64,000 nt of DNA, taken from assembly GCA_947460245.1 (NCBI GenBank), contig CANHGL010000003.1:15968-79967 (forward strand), in the 5' to 3' direction. The stretch is from Sphingobacteriales bacterium (GTDB lineage Bacteria > Bacteroidota > Bacteroidia > Chitinophagales > JADIYW01). Numbering within the stretch: the first letter of the stretch is position 1; every line of letters begins with the position of its first letter. Made by a program: the position numbers and the translations under genes. Under the pieces are notes generated by a model. The model was not told where the DNA came from. It searched no databases and saw nothing but the letters and a program-made list of their open reading frames with translations. Positions 9,573 through 19,646 of this stretch are shown here, piece after piece.

Positions 9573-10086
9573 AGTGATGGTGTCCGGTAAGTAGTGCTTC
9601 TTTTATTTTTCTGTCTTTTGGATTTCTCCCAAGGTAAATTCCAAAAATAGTTTCCGCAAACAGCTTGCCGTCTTTATTAGAATAGATTTCCTTTCCGTTT
9701 TTGAAAATTTTTAATTCGGATTTGTCGCTGTAATAGATATCTATGATGTCTTTATACTGAATTTGGGAAGACTCCAAAACATGAATGAGTTGTTCTATAG
9801 TCTCTTTGTTTAAATGATATAGTTTTCCCATACCCTCTTTCATGCCACTTTGAATATTTTCACTAACTGCCTTTGAGGTTGCAAGTGGAGTGATAATTTG
9901 CATACGAAGGCATCTCTCTATAAGGCTTTCAACTCCAATTTTATCATGGAGGATAGGTGTTTCCGTATAAAGGGAAATAATATAGGTTTGTACAAAGAAT
10001 TTTGTGCGAATAGCGGCTCCATTTAATATCAATTCTTTGTTGTTAAGGTTGATATTCTCAGCTATTTCTATACCTGCAAGCTTCAT
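9565..10086 (-). CDS. Chalcone isomerase-like family protein
   Basis: LILNGAAIRTKFFVQTY..LY and FAETIFGIYLG..P.D..IKEALL patterns. Confidence 0.75.
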   Translation of the reverse strand: MKLAGIEIAENINLNNKELILNGAAIRTKFFVQTYIISLYTETPILHDKIGVESLIERCLRMQIITPLATSKAVSENIQSGMKEGMGKLYHLNKETIEQLIHVLESSQIQYKDIIDIYYSDKSELKIFKNGKEIYSNKDGKLFAETIFGIYLGRNPKDRKIKEALLTGHHHSR

Positions 10087-10114
10087 GATTATTTTCTATG
10101 TTCTGAAAAGTTAT

Positions 10115-10699
10115 TTATTGGTCGGAGGTTTCCATTCCTTTTGTAAAACATTCCCGACAACGAGGCTCATAGCTTTCTTTCTCTCCCAGTAATACTTTGA
10201 CATCACTTTCTACCAAGCGATAGGAGTGATTAGCCAAAGAACCGCAACGGACACATATGGCATGAACTTTTGTAATATATTCTGCCTTGGCTAATAATGC
10301 CGGAATTGGTCCAAATGGTCTGCCTACAAAGTCCATATCCAACCCGGCTATGATAACACGAATACCTCTTTTTGCCAGTTGTTCGCAAACTTCAGGTAGC
10401 CCTTCGTCAAAGAACTGTGCTTCGTCGATGCCTACCACGTCTACATCACTAGACAGTAAAAGAATATTCTGAGAACTGCTTACAGGGGTACTTGATATAA
10501 TATTGGAATCGTGAGAAACCACGTGTGTTTCATTGTACCGAATATCAATTGCCGGCTTAAAAATTTCAACTTTCAGATTAGCTATTTTGGCGCGTTTTAA
10601 ACGCCTGATGAGCTCTTCTGTCTTTCCGGAAAACATAGATCCGCAGACAACCTCAATCCAACCAGTTTTGGACTTATTAACATTTGGTTCTAAAAACAT
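10115..10699 (-). CDS. tdk: Thymidine kinase
   Basis: [22 protein letters not shown]...CREC zinc site. Confidence 0.98.
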   Translation of the reverse strand: MFLEPNVNKSKTGWIEVVCGSMFSGKTEELIRRLKRAKIANLKVEIFKPAIDIRYNETHVVSHDSNIISSTPVSSSQNILLLSSDVDVVGIDEAQFFDEGLPEVCEQLAKRGIRVIIAGLDMDFVGRPFGPIPALLAKAEYITKVHAICVRCGSLANHSYRLVESDVKVLLGEKESYEPRCRECFTKGMETSDQ

Positions 10700-10750
10700 T
10701 TATAAATTTTGAATTATAGCCTATAATTTCGATCCAAATTACTAAAACCA

Positions 10751-12037
10751 ATGGAAATAAGGAACGCTTTGCAAAAAATAGAGAACTATTTAACGGTAGT
10801 TTCCAACCTTAATAAGACAATTTTGTCAGAAGGAACGATGTCTAAAGATGAGTTACTGCTGATGAAGAAGTACTTATACACCAGTATAGACAGGGTGGAG
10901 GATATTGAGCGTTTATTAGTAATAGATAAATCACAGGAGAAATCATTTACCCCTTCAGATCCTGGAGTGGATGCTTTTACGGCTTTAAAACCTAAAGAAA
11001 TTATTGCCGTTAAGGAGTATTTTAACGCCGAGGATATGGAGTCTACTCTAATTCCAGAATTAAATACAGCTGCTGAGTCGGTAAATAACGTCAATGATAT
11101 TATTACGGAAGATTTTTCAATAGATGCTTTTAATGAAGAGGCTATTGTAGCGGAAGTTACACCGGTGGTAGAAAATATCATTACGGAAGATTTTTCAGTA
11201 GATGCCTTTAATGAGGAAGCTATTGTAGCGGAAGTTACACCAGTGGTAGAAAATATTATCACTGAAGATTTTTCAGTAGATGCCTTTAATGAGGAAGCTA
11301 TTGTAGCGGAAGTTACACCGGTGGTAGAAAATATCATCACGGAAGATTTTTCAGTAGATGCCTTTAATGAGGAAGCTATTGTAGCGGAAGTTACACCGGT
11401 GGTAGAAAATATTATCACTGAAGATTTTTCAGTTGATGCTGTTCATGAAACTATTACAACACAGTTTTTTGAAAATAAGGCGACAACATTTGCTGAAGAA
11501 ATGGAAAATAGGAACAAAGCGGAGAAGTCTCTCTTCGAAGAATTTAACCAGCAATTTAATGCAACGCCCCAACAGCAATTATTTGATTTGTTCGAAGAGG
11601 AAGAAACAACAGCAGAGCTTTCCCATGAATCTCCCACCGCCTATCAACCGTTAAAGATTGATTTTGATTATAGTGATCATTCAAGCGGATCTTCTGTGTT
11701 AGTTGCAGATAAAGAGGTAGAAACCGTAATTGAAGAGCTTACCCCATCATTTTTGAATCAGATTTTCAAACCTCAGGTTGTAACAGAAAATAATGTTAGA
11801 GATTTAAGTAAGACATTTAGTGAAACAATAGCCCTAAATGATAAATTTATTTTTGTTCGGGAGTTATTTTGTAATCAATTTGCAGAATATGAGCTTAGTT
11901 TAAGACAATTAGATCAACAGTCAAATTTTATTTCTGCAGAGAAATATTGTAAGGATAATTTATGGAATAAATATAATTGGAGCGAGAAGGGTCAGGTTGC
12001 GGAGCGTTTTATGAATCTGCTGCAAAAAAGATTTTAG
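10751..12037 (+). CDS. Acidic hypothetical protein with internal 26-aa repeats and a helical C-terminal domain
   Basis: Long ORF; C-terminal IALNDKFIFVRELF...W...F...L.KRF; followed by a terminator. Confidence 0.8.
   Translation: MEIRNALQKIENYLTVVSNLNKTILSEGTMSKDELLLMKKYLYTSIDRVEDIERLLVIDKSQEKSFTPSDPGVDAFTALKPKEIIAVKEYFNAEDMESTLIPELNTAAESVNNVNDIITEDFSIDAFNEEAIVAEVTPVVENIITEDFSVDAFNEEAIVAEVTPVVENIITEDFSVDAFNEEAIVAEVTPVVENIITEDFSVDAFNEEAIVAEVTPVVENIITEDFSVDAVHETITTQFFENKATTFAEEMENRNKAEKSLFEEFNQQFNATPQQQLFDLFEEEETTAELSHESPTAYQPLKIDFDYSDHSSGSSVLVADKEVETVIEELTPSFLNQIFKPQVVTENNVRDLSKTFSETIALNDKFIFVRELFCNQFAEYELSLRQLDQQSNFISAEKYCKDNLWNKYNWSEKGQVAERFMNLLQKRF
11097..11440 (+). repeat. 78-bp in-frame tandem repeat, 4 full copies and 1 partial
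   Basis: Units start at 11097, 11175, 11253, 11331 and 11409; encode IITEDFSVDAFNEEAIVAEVTPVVEN. Confidence 0.97.
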
Positions 12038-12061
12038 TTTGTCTCTAGATAATTTATTTTG

Positions 12062-12090
12062 ATTCCCGTTCTTTCTGAACGGGAATTTTT
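12062..12090 (+). terminator. Rho-independent terminator between convergent genes
   Basis: ATTCCCGTTC-tttct-GAACGGGAAT 10-bp stem followed by a T run. Confidence 0.8.
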
Positions 12091-13270
12091 AATTTAGGAT
12101 ATCAGCGATGATTCTGGCGGAGCAGTTTTCTTGTTGCAAAAAGTAGGATTCAATTTTGTTCTTTATATCATCTCTAGTTTCAGCTCCTTCAATTAGTTCT
12201 AGCATTTTTTGCTCAAAAATAGAATAATCTTTAACTGAAAATCCTATACCAGACTCGATAAAGTCTAGGGCCTCTTCAAATTTTTGATATTTTGGGCCGA
12301 ACAGGATTGGAATGCCATATACTGCAGCTTCTGCGGTATTGTGTACTGTTTTCTCGAAGCCTCCGCCGATAAATGCTATTTGACTGAATCTATAAATGAA
12401 TTTCAGTATACCTAATCGATCTAATAAGAGGATGCGGCTTTCTTGATTACTGTAAAGCGCATTTTGATAACTAATTATTTTAGCACCAAACAGATCTTCT
12501 AAGTACACTTTTTTAGAAGCTGCAGCTTCATGAGGTGCAATAATGATTTTTAGTGAGGGTATTGTTTTATTATATTTTTGATAAAACTTTGCAGCCATTT
12601 CTTCCTCTTTTGGCCAACTACTGCCTAATATTATTACTAATGAATTGGTGCTGAAGTCCTGAATAATAGAATCGGTAAAATCCTCTTCTTTGATTGCTTT
12701 TACACGCTCCAATTTGGTATTCCCATATGTAGAGGTGTCATATATCTTTGTAAAAAAGGGTAATGTTTTTTGTAAGTATTTTTTGTAGAAAAATAATGTC
12801 TGCTTCAAGGGGTTGAAGTTTACCAGGTATGTAGGGATGTGATTTTTTTTAAGATGCAACAGGATATTTCTCCAAATTTCATTTCGTACAAAAATTACAG
12901 CTTTGGGTCTTACTAGAGTGATAACTTTTTTAGCATTCAATGGAGTATCTAGCGGTATGTTAAAATATAAATCTGCTATTTTAGAGTTGCAGTACATCTT
13001 ATATCCGGAGGGGGAGAAGAAGCTAACTGCTATTTTAACCTTAGGTTCGAGTTTTTTTATATTTGTAATTAGTGGGATTGATTGCTCAAACTCTCCGGCA
13101 GAGGCACAATGTAACCAATAGTAAGTTGCTCCTTTTTCAATTTGTTGAGACAAGGCTTGTTCCCAATTTACTCTTAGTTTTACCCATAGAGCTGATTTTT
13201 TATAAAATATGGAGGTAGTATGGATTAGTAGGCCATAAAAATGAATAAAAACAGAATAAAGTATGGCCAT
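12089..13270 (-). CDS. waaA: 3-deoxy-D-manno-octulosonic acid (Kdo) transferase, divergent
   Basis: WLHCASAGEFEQ, SFFSPSGY, PLDT, LGSSW, APHE, FIGGGF..VHN..EAA.YG.P. Confidence 0.85.
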   Translation of the reverse strand: MAILYSVFIHFYGLLIHTTSIFYKKSALWVKLRVNWEQALSQQIEKGATYYWLHCASAGEFEQSIPLITNIKKLEPKVKIAVSFFSPSGYKMYCNSKIADLYFNIPLDTPLNAKKVITLVRPKAVIFVRNEIWRNILLHLKKNHIPTYLVNFNPLKQTLFFYKKYLQKTLPFFTKIYDTSTYGNTKLERVKAIKEEDFTDSIIQDFSTNSLVIILGSSWPKEEEMAAKFYQKYNKTIPSLKIIIAPHEAAASKKVYLEDLFGAKIISYQNALYSNQESRILLLDRLGILKFIYRFSQIAFIGGGFEKTVHNTAEAAVYGIPILFGPKYQKFEEALDFIESGIGFSVKDYSIFEQKMLELIEGAETRDDIKNKIESYFLQQENCSARIIADILN

Positions 13271-13315
13271 ATTTAATTATCTCCGTATAATAGAAAATAC
13301 CTTTCGGAATTTAAG

Positions 13316-13376
13316 CAAACTTATTATTAATTAAGGTGTTGCACTTAAAATATTAGGTAAAAATTCCTTATTTTTG
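13316..13376. promoter_or_regulatory. Divergent pair of -7 promoter elements (waaA and polysaccharide locus)
   Basis: TAAGTTTG on minus strand at 13323-13316; TATTTTTG on plus strand at 13369-13376. Confidence 0.55.
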
Positions 13377-13393
13377 TTTATATATACTAATAA

Positions 13394-14701
13394 ATGAGCA
13401 TCTCAAAGCAATTTATTGAACCCTATGTTCAGAAGCAAAAGTCTATCGGTGTAATCGGATTAGGTTACGTTGGTCTGCCTATAGCTCTGGAATTATCTAA
13501 ACATTTTAAGGTAATTGGATTTGATATCAATGAAAATAGGGTAGCTATGATGGCTAACCATATTGATCCAAGTAATGAACTGCCCAAAGAGGCATTTAAC
13601 AATTGTGATATCACCTTTACTTATGATATAGAAGTGCTGAAGCAAGCAAACTTCTATATAGTTGCAGTACCCACCCCTGTAGATGAACATAATATGCCGG
13701 ATTTAAGACCGCTCACCGGTGCATCCGTAACCATTGGAAAGGTGATAAAAAAAGGGGATTATGTAGTTTTTGAATCTACCGTATATCCGGGATGTACAGA
13801 GGAAGATTGTGTGCCTATCATACAAGACACATCAGGATTAGAGTTTAAGAAAGATTTTAAGGTTGGCTACTCTCCTGAAAGAATTAATCCGGGCGATAGC
13901 CTTCATACGCTTACAAAGATTACTAAAATTGTATCTGGGTGTTGTAGCGAGTCTTTAGAAAATATTGCAGCTATATATAATGTTATTATAGAGCCTGGGG
14001 TGTATAGGGCTTCATCGATAAAAGTTGCAGAGGCTGCTAAAATTATAGAAAATACGCAACGGGATCTCAATATTGCCCTGATGAATGAACTTTCACAAAT
14101 ATTCAGTTTAATGAATATTAATACCGGAGAGGTTCTGGAGGCAGCAGGTACAAAGTGGAATTTCTTAAAATTCCAGCCGGGTTTAGTAGGCGGGCATTGT
14201 ATAGGTGTTGATCCATATTATCTTACTTACAAGGCTAATGAATTAGGTTATAAGCCACAGATTATATTAAGTGGAAGAAATATTAATGACGGTATGCCTC
14301 ATTATATTGCTAAGAAAGTTGTTCAATATTTATTATCTCTAAAGAAAAATCCATCTGATTGCAGGGTGTTGATTATGGGAGCAACATTTAAAGAGAATGT
14401 AACAGACATTCGAAATTCTAAAGTCTTTGATCTGCATAAAGAATTGAATGATTTTCAATTTGAGGTAGATATGGTTGATCCTCTTGCTTCCGCGCACGAA
14501 GTCTTAGAGGAGTATGGTGTAAGTCTAAAACACCAGCCAACTGGAAAGTATGATGCAGTTATTGTTTCTGTAGCGCACGATAGCTTCAAAATCTTATCCG
14601 AAGATTATTTTCTAGGTTTAACAAAAGAAGATGCTATTTTGGTAGATATAAAAAATCTCTTTACGTCTAAAATATCCAAACTTACTTACTGGACATTATA
14701 A
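13394..14701 (+). CDS. Nucleotide-sugar (UDP-HexNAc) dehydrogenase, TviB/WbpO-like
   Basis: GLGYVGLP, ESTVYPG, SPERINPG, KIIENTQRD, GLVGGHCIGVDP. Confidence 0.92.
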   Translation: MSISKQFIEPYVQKQKSIGVIGLGYVGLPIALELSKHFKVIGFDINENRVAMMANHIDPSNELPKEAFNNCDITFTYDIEVLKQANFYIVAVPTPVDEHNMPDLRPLTGASVTIGKVIKKGDYVVFESTVYPGCTEEDCVPIIQDTSGLEFKKDFKVGYSPERINPGDSLHTLTKITKIVSGCCSESLENIAAIYNVIIEPGVYRASSIKVAEAAKIIENTQRDLNIALMNELSQIFSLMNINTGEVLEAAGTKWNFLKFQPGLVGGHCIGVDPYYLTYKANELGYKPQIILSGRNINDGMPHYIAKKVVQYLLSLKKNPSDCRVLIMGATFKENVTDIRNSKVFDLHKELNDFQFEVDMVDPLASAHEVLEEYGVSLKHQPTGKYDAVIVSVAHDSFKILSEDYFLGLTKEDAILVDIKNLFTSKISKLTYWTL

Positions 14702-14740
14702 TTTCTGCCAGTGTAAGTAATAAAAATAAAAAATAGGTTA

Positions 14741-15802
14741 ATGAATACGATGAAGTCTATTTTAATTACAGGTGGTGCGGGTTTTATTGGTTCGCATGTA
14801 GTAAGGTTATTTGTAAATAAATATCCGGGATATAGTATTGTAAATGCAGACAAACTAACCTACGCCGGAAATCTGGAAAATCTAAAAGATATAGAGGATA
14901 AGGATAATTATACCTTTGAGAAAGTAGATATAGTAGATGCAGTTGCTGTAAACGAACTCTTTGAAAAATATAAATTTGATGGTGTTATTCATCTTGCTGC
15001 AGAGTCTCATGTAGATCGTTCTATTTTAAATCCTCTGGAGTTTATTATGACGAATGTGGTTGGAACAGTAAACCTTTTAAACGCAGCAAAAGACCACTGG
15101 AAGGATGATTTTTCAAATAAGTTGTTTTATCATGTTTCTACGGATGAGGTATATGGTAGTCTTGGCGAGGAGGGTTTATTTACGGAACAAACTGCTTACG
15201 ATCCGCGATCACCCTATTCAGCTTCTAAGGCAAGTTCTGATCATTTCGTCAGAGCCTACGATAATACTTATGGAATGCCGGTGGTGATTTCTAATTGTTC
15301 TAATAATTATGGTTCTTTTCAGTTTCCTGAAAAATTAATTCCATTATTCATCAATAATATAAAGAATAATAAACCCTTACCGGTTTATGGCAAAGGTGAT
15401 TATACACGGGATTGGCTGTATGTTGAAGATCACGCAGAGGCTATAGATACTATCTTTCACAGAGGTAAGCTTGGAGATACTTACAATATTGGTGGTTTTA
15501 ATGAGTGGCAAAATATAGACTTAATTAAGTTATTATGTTCTATAATGGATAAGAAACTGGGTAGAGCCGTAGGAAGCTCGGAAGGATTAATTACTTTTGT
15601 TAAAGATAGGCCTGGTCACGATAAACGTTATGCTATCGACGCAAGTAAACTTAACAGAGAACTAGGATGGTCTCCTTCTTTACAGTTTGAGGAGGGTTTG
15701 GAAAAGACAGTGGATTGGTATTTAACAAACGAAGAATGGTTGGTCAGAGTTACATCAGGGGCTTACCTAAATTATTACAAGAATCAATATGAATTATCTT
15801 AA
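14741..15802 (+). CDS. rfbB: dTDP-glucose 4,6-dehydratase
   Basis: TGGAGFIG, HLAAESHVDRS, STDEVYG, YSASK, DRPGHD. Confidence 0.98.
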   Translation: MNTMKSILITGGAGFIGSHVVRLFVNKYPGYSIVNADKLTYAGNLENLKDIEDKDNYTFEKVDIVDAVAVNELFEKYKFDGVIHLAAESHVDRSILNPLEFIMTNVVGTVNLLNAAKDHWKDDFSNKLFYHVSTDEVYGSLGEEGLFTEQTAYDPRSPYSASKASSDHFVRAYDNTYGMPVVISNCSNNYGSFQFPEKLIPLFINNIKNNKPLPVYGKGDYTRDWLYVEDHAEAIDTIFHRGKLGDTYNIGGFNEWQNIDLIKLLCSIMDKKLGRAVGSSEGLITFVKDRPGHDKRYAIDASKLNRELGWSPSLQFEEGLEKTVDWYLTNEEWLVRVTSGAYLNYYKNQYELS

Positions 15803-15803
15803 A

Positions 15804-18533
15804 ATGAAAAATATTTTAAAAATTACATCTCTAGGCTGCCTTTTTTTTACAGTCTTATTGGCTAAAGCTCAATTGGTAAGCCCTTTAATTCCACCTGCAA
15901 GTCCGGAGCCAACGGTAAAAGAGATCTTTCAAAAAATTGAGGACACCTTACAGGTAAAGCAAGGTACGTTGAAGGTAGATGAGGTTAAAAAGTCACAGGA
16001 ACTTTCAAAAGGGTATACGCCCAGAACGAAAGATGCTGATGAGCAGGAAGGAGCTATGGGTAATGCAGCAAATGCAGGAGAAGTAAAAGGAAATGTCAAT
16101 ACTCCAGATAAATTATTAAAAGAGGCGCAAAAGGCATCTGAGACAGTAGAGAAACTTACTGCTTCTGCTACACGAGAGTTAAGGGAGAAGTTGGCAGACG
16201 TTGATATCTATGGATTTAGCTATTTCAGACAAAAGGATGTCAAGATTTTTAATAATGCTGTAGATATCAAGCCCCCATCCAATTACGTTTTGGGTGTTGG
16301 CGATCAGATTGTTGTTTCTATTTGGGGCTATGCAGATTATAATCGACTTTTCTTCATTGATAAAGAAGGTTATATACAACAGGAAAATATTGGTAGGGTA
16401 TATCTTAAAGGGTTAACGCTGGAGCAGGCTAAAGAACTTTTACGCACGCGTTTTGCAAATGCTTACATGATTGAGAAGTCTGATTTTGACGTTTCTATTA
16501 ATTATTCGAGAGTAATTACTATCAATGTAGTTGGCGATGTTGAGAATCCAGGTTCATACACCTTTCCTGCAATTAATACGGCCTATAATATCCTGGCTTA
16601 TGTGGGAGGTCCTTCTAAGTCGGGTTCCATTAGAGATATACAGGTTAAGAGAAACGGAAAGATTATTCGTCATTTTGACCTTTATAAATTTCTTTTTACT
16701 CCAGAAAAGCAGGATGATATCTTCTTAGATAATAATGATTATATCTATGTTCCGGCACAAAAAAATATTGTTACCATAGAGGGAGCAGTCAACAGGGTGG
16801 GTAAGTATGAAATGATGCCTGGTGAAACTTTTGATGACATCTTAAAGTTTTGTGGAAACTACAGACCTGATGCATTTACGAAAGTAATTCAGATCAGAAG
16901 ATATGCTCAGAATAAGCAAATTATTATCGATTACAATCTCGATAGTGTCCGTGTATCTGGGGGTAAAATTGAATTGATGAATGGGGATGTGGTTAGCGTT
17001 CGTTCTATACCTGATAAAGTAAAAAACTATAATGAGATTTCAGGTTCAGTCTTACTGCCAGGAAGATATCAGTGGAAAGAAGGCGATAGAGTTTTGGATC
17101 TTATACAGAAGGCCCAGGGTTTAAAGGAAGATGCTTATCTGGATCAGGCCGTTTTGGTAAGGACAAATTATGATGATTTTAGAAAATACTCTTATAAGAT
17201 CGACTTAAATAAGGTTATTGCGGATGAGCAATCAGAAGATAACATGTTGTTGACTTTTAGGGACGTAATTGAAGTGTATGCTAAGACTGATTTCTTTGAT
17301 AAATTTGATATTGAAATCTCTGGGGAGGTTAGAAAGCCTAGACGTTTCGAGTCGGAGAAGGGTATGTCTTTGAGAGATGCAATCATTATGAGTAATGGTT
17401 TGAAAGAGGAGGCTTTGCTTGATGAAATTATTATTTATCGGGTAAATGATGATCTTACAGAACAGCTTATTTCTTTTAGAATTGATACATCTAATAATCT
17501 CGCTGCATTAGATACTTTTAAGCTCAAAAAAAGAGATAGAATTGTGGTGATGAAAGATCTTCGGAGGATTGACCAGTATTTTGTAGAAGTAAATGGTATG
17601 GTTAGAGGCGCCTCCAAATTTCCTTATATGGAAGGTATGACTTTGGCAGATGCTTTAACTTTAGCGAAAGGTTTTAAAATGGAAGCGGCTTCCAATAGGA
17701 TTGAAATTGCACGTATAGCAAACTATGATAAGGCAATATCGCAATCTGTTCCGACTCAGGTTACCATCTTAAATTACAGTATTAGTAAAAATATCGGAAT
17801 AGATCCGGTGGCTAATTCTATTAAACTCCAGCCCTATGATCAAATCTATGTTAGACCGACGCCGGAATTTGAATATCAGTCTAAAGTACTGGTAAAAGGC
17901 GAAGTACTTTATCCGGGAGAATATGTTTTAACTACAAAAGATGAGCGCCTGTCATCTGTTATTGAACGTGCTGGTGGTTTAACAAGGTTTGCATATGCTG
18001 ATGGTATGCGTCTGAATAGAAAAGAAGATGGAATAGGAAATGTATTGACGAATCTTTCTGTTGCGCTAAAGAATAATAGTTCAAAGTTTAACTATGTGTT
18101 AAAGCCAGGAGATTCTATCGTTATTCCTGCTGTAAAGGATTTTGTTGCTTTACAAGGAGCATTTAATTACCCGTCGGATAAAAAGCCAGATAACCTCTAT
18201 GTTCCTTTCACTGAGAATAGGGATGCTAAATTCTATATATATAAATATGGAGCTGGATTTAGTGATAGTGCAGATAGATTGAAGACATACGTAATCCGTC
18301 CTAATGGACAAATACTAGGAACTCATCGTTCTTTATTCGGTAAGAATTTCCCTAAAGTGGAAAAAGGTTCTGTTATCGTTATTCCTGAAAGGCCCAATAA
18401 AGTCAAGGAAAAGAAGGTTAAATCATCTAATGTTGGAGGTCTTCAAAAAGTTATAACAGCAACCATTGGTACAATTACCTCTGTACTTACTTTGTATCTT
18501 TTGTATCTAACGGTAAAAAATACTAATAAATAG
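15804..18533 (+). CDS. Polysaccharide export protein with multiple SLBB domains (Wza/KpsD-like)
   Basis: Signal peptide, YVLGVGD Poly_export motif, repeated V.G.V..PG SLBB units, C-terminal hydrophobic helix; alternative start at 15789. Confidence 0.9.
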   Translation: MKNILKITSLGCLFFTVLLAKAQLVSPLIPPASPEPTVKEIFQKIEDTLQVKQGTLKVDEVKKSQELSKGYTPRTKDADEQEGAMGNAANAGEVKGNVNTPDKLLKEAQKASETVEKLTASATRELREKLADVDIYGFSYFRQKDVKIFNNAVDIKPPSNYVLGVGDQIVVSIWGYADYNRLFFIDKEGYIQQENIGRVYLKGLTLEQAKELLRTRFANAYMIEKSDFDVSINYSRVITINVVGDVENPGSYTFPAINTAYNILAYVGGPSKSGSIRDIQVKRNGKIIRHFDLYKFLFTPEKQDDIFLDNNDYIYVPAQKNIVTIEGAVNRVGKYEMMPGETFDDILKFCGNYRPDAFTKVIQIRRYAQNKQIIIDYNLDSVRVSGGKIELMNGDVVSVRSIPDKVKNYNEISGSVLLPGRYQWKEGDRVLDLIQKAQGLKEDAYLDQAVLVRTNYDDFRKYSYKIDLNKVIADEQSEDNMLLTFRDVIEVYAKTDFFDKFDIEISGEVRKPRRFESEKGMSLRDAIIMSNGLKEEALLDEIIIYRVNDDLTEQLISFRIDTSNNLAALDTFKLKKRDRIVVMKDLRRIDQYFVEVNGMVRGASKFPYMEGMTLADALTLAKGFKMEAASNRIEIARIANYDKAISQSVPTQVTILNYSISKNIGIDPVANSIKLQPYDQIYVRPTPEFEYQSKVLVKGEVLYPGEYVLTTKDERLSSVIERAGGLTRFAYADGMRLNRKEDGIGNVLTNLSVALKNNSSKFNYVLKPGDSIVIPAVKDFVALQGAFNYPSDKKPDNLYVPFTENRDAKFYIYKYGAGFSDSADRLKTYVIRPNGQILGTHRSLFGKNFPKVEKGSVIVIPERPNKVKEKKVKSSNVGGLQKVITATIGTITSVLTLYLLYLTVKNTNK

Positions 18534-18548
18534 ATTCCCATTATAATC

Positions 18549-19640
18549 ATGGATGATATAGATAAGATAGATATTGATAGTGTCTCCTCAGATGGGCAGG
18601 AGGATGCTTCATCTGGAGGTTTAGCCAATGATGATACTGTAAAAGGTATTATCAGGGTTGTTAAGGAGCTATATGGAATTTTTAAGAGTTACGCCATACT
18701 ATTCGTAGTTCCCATTGTTATAGCAGGTCTTTTTGCGGTCTATAAGGCTAGGCAGGAAAAACCAACATATTCAGCAAAGATTACATTTTTCCTATCCGAA
18801 GAAAGGCCTCAAGTTGTTGGATCCGGATCTTTCTCCAATCTCCTTCAATCAACAAATATAAGTTTTGGTAATCCCAAGAAGTTAAAGGAGTATTCTTTTA
18901 CAGAAAAGGTAGGTTCAAAGATGCTTTTTAAAAAGTATGTATTTAGAGGTAAAGAAGATTTTCTTGCTAATCATTACTTGCGACTTATTTCAGGCTACAA
19001 TAAGAGTTACTTTAAAGAATTCACCTCTGTAAAGGATATGAGTATACCGGATTATCTTGTTTTTAAACAGATATTGATGGGGTTGCGATCAATGGTAGCC
19101 ATTGATTATAATGAAGCAGAGATTTACTCAATTACTATAGAAACTTCAGATGAAGAGTTTGCTAAGCTCTTGTGTGAAGGATTTTATGAGAATTTGATTG
19201 ACTATTATATTGAACGTGCAACCCGAAAAGCAAAAATAACCGTAGACTTCCTTGAAGAAAAGCTGGCCTATGTAAAGGCACAGTTGGAGAATTCAGAATT
19301 TAATCTTGCTGATTATAAAGATAAGGCTAATAATCTTGTAACATTTAAAGCAGATTTGAATGAGACAAGATACATTCGGAATAAAGCATTGCTGGAAGGA
19401 TTATATAGTCAGACTGCCACAGCATTAGAGATGTCTAAGACCAATCTACAGTCAATTATGCCATTGTTTCAGTCTATTGATGAGCCTCACTTACCCTTGC
19501 TCATGAATACAGTGTCTACCTGGAAGAGAATTCTTATGTTTATATTTCTCGGTGTCTTTATAGATCTATTTATAATAGCGTTAATATATACCAGGAGGCA
19601 TTATTGGGGTGGATTTAAAACACTAATAAAAGAATCCTAA
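18549..19640 (+). CDS. Wzz-like polysaccharide co-polymerase
   Basis: Two TM segments flanking a coiled coil; IDEP.LP before the C-terminal TM. Confidence 0.75.
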   Translation: MDDIDKIDIDSVSSDGQEDASSGGLANDDTVKGIIRVVKELYGIFKSYAILFVVPIVIAGLFAVYKARQEKPTYSAKITFFLSEERPQVVGSGSFSNLLQSTNISFGNPKKLKEYSFTEKVGSKMLFKKYVFRGKEDFLANHYLRLISGYNKSYFKEFTSVKDMSIPDYLVFKQILMGLRSMVAIDYNEAEIYSITIETSDEEFAKLLCEGFYENLIDYYIERATRKAKITVDFLEEKLAYVKAQLENSEFNLADYKDKANNLVTFKADLNETRYIRNKALLEGLYSQTATALEMSKTNLQSIMPLFQSIDEPHLPLLMNTVSTWKRILMFIFLGVFIDLFIIALIYTRRHYWGGFKTLIKES

Positions 19641-19646
19641 GTAGAG

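Noticed and set aside
10786-11418. 210-aa antisense Ser/Thr-rich ORF
   Set aside because: Mirror of the coding repeat; an open antisense frame is expected when a stop-free unit is duplicated.
11097-11440. CRISPR array
   Set aside because: Units are contiguous 78-mers with no unique spacers, in frame, varying at synonymous sites; no cas genes nearby.
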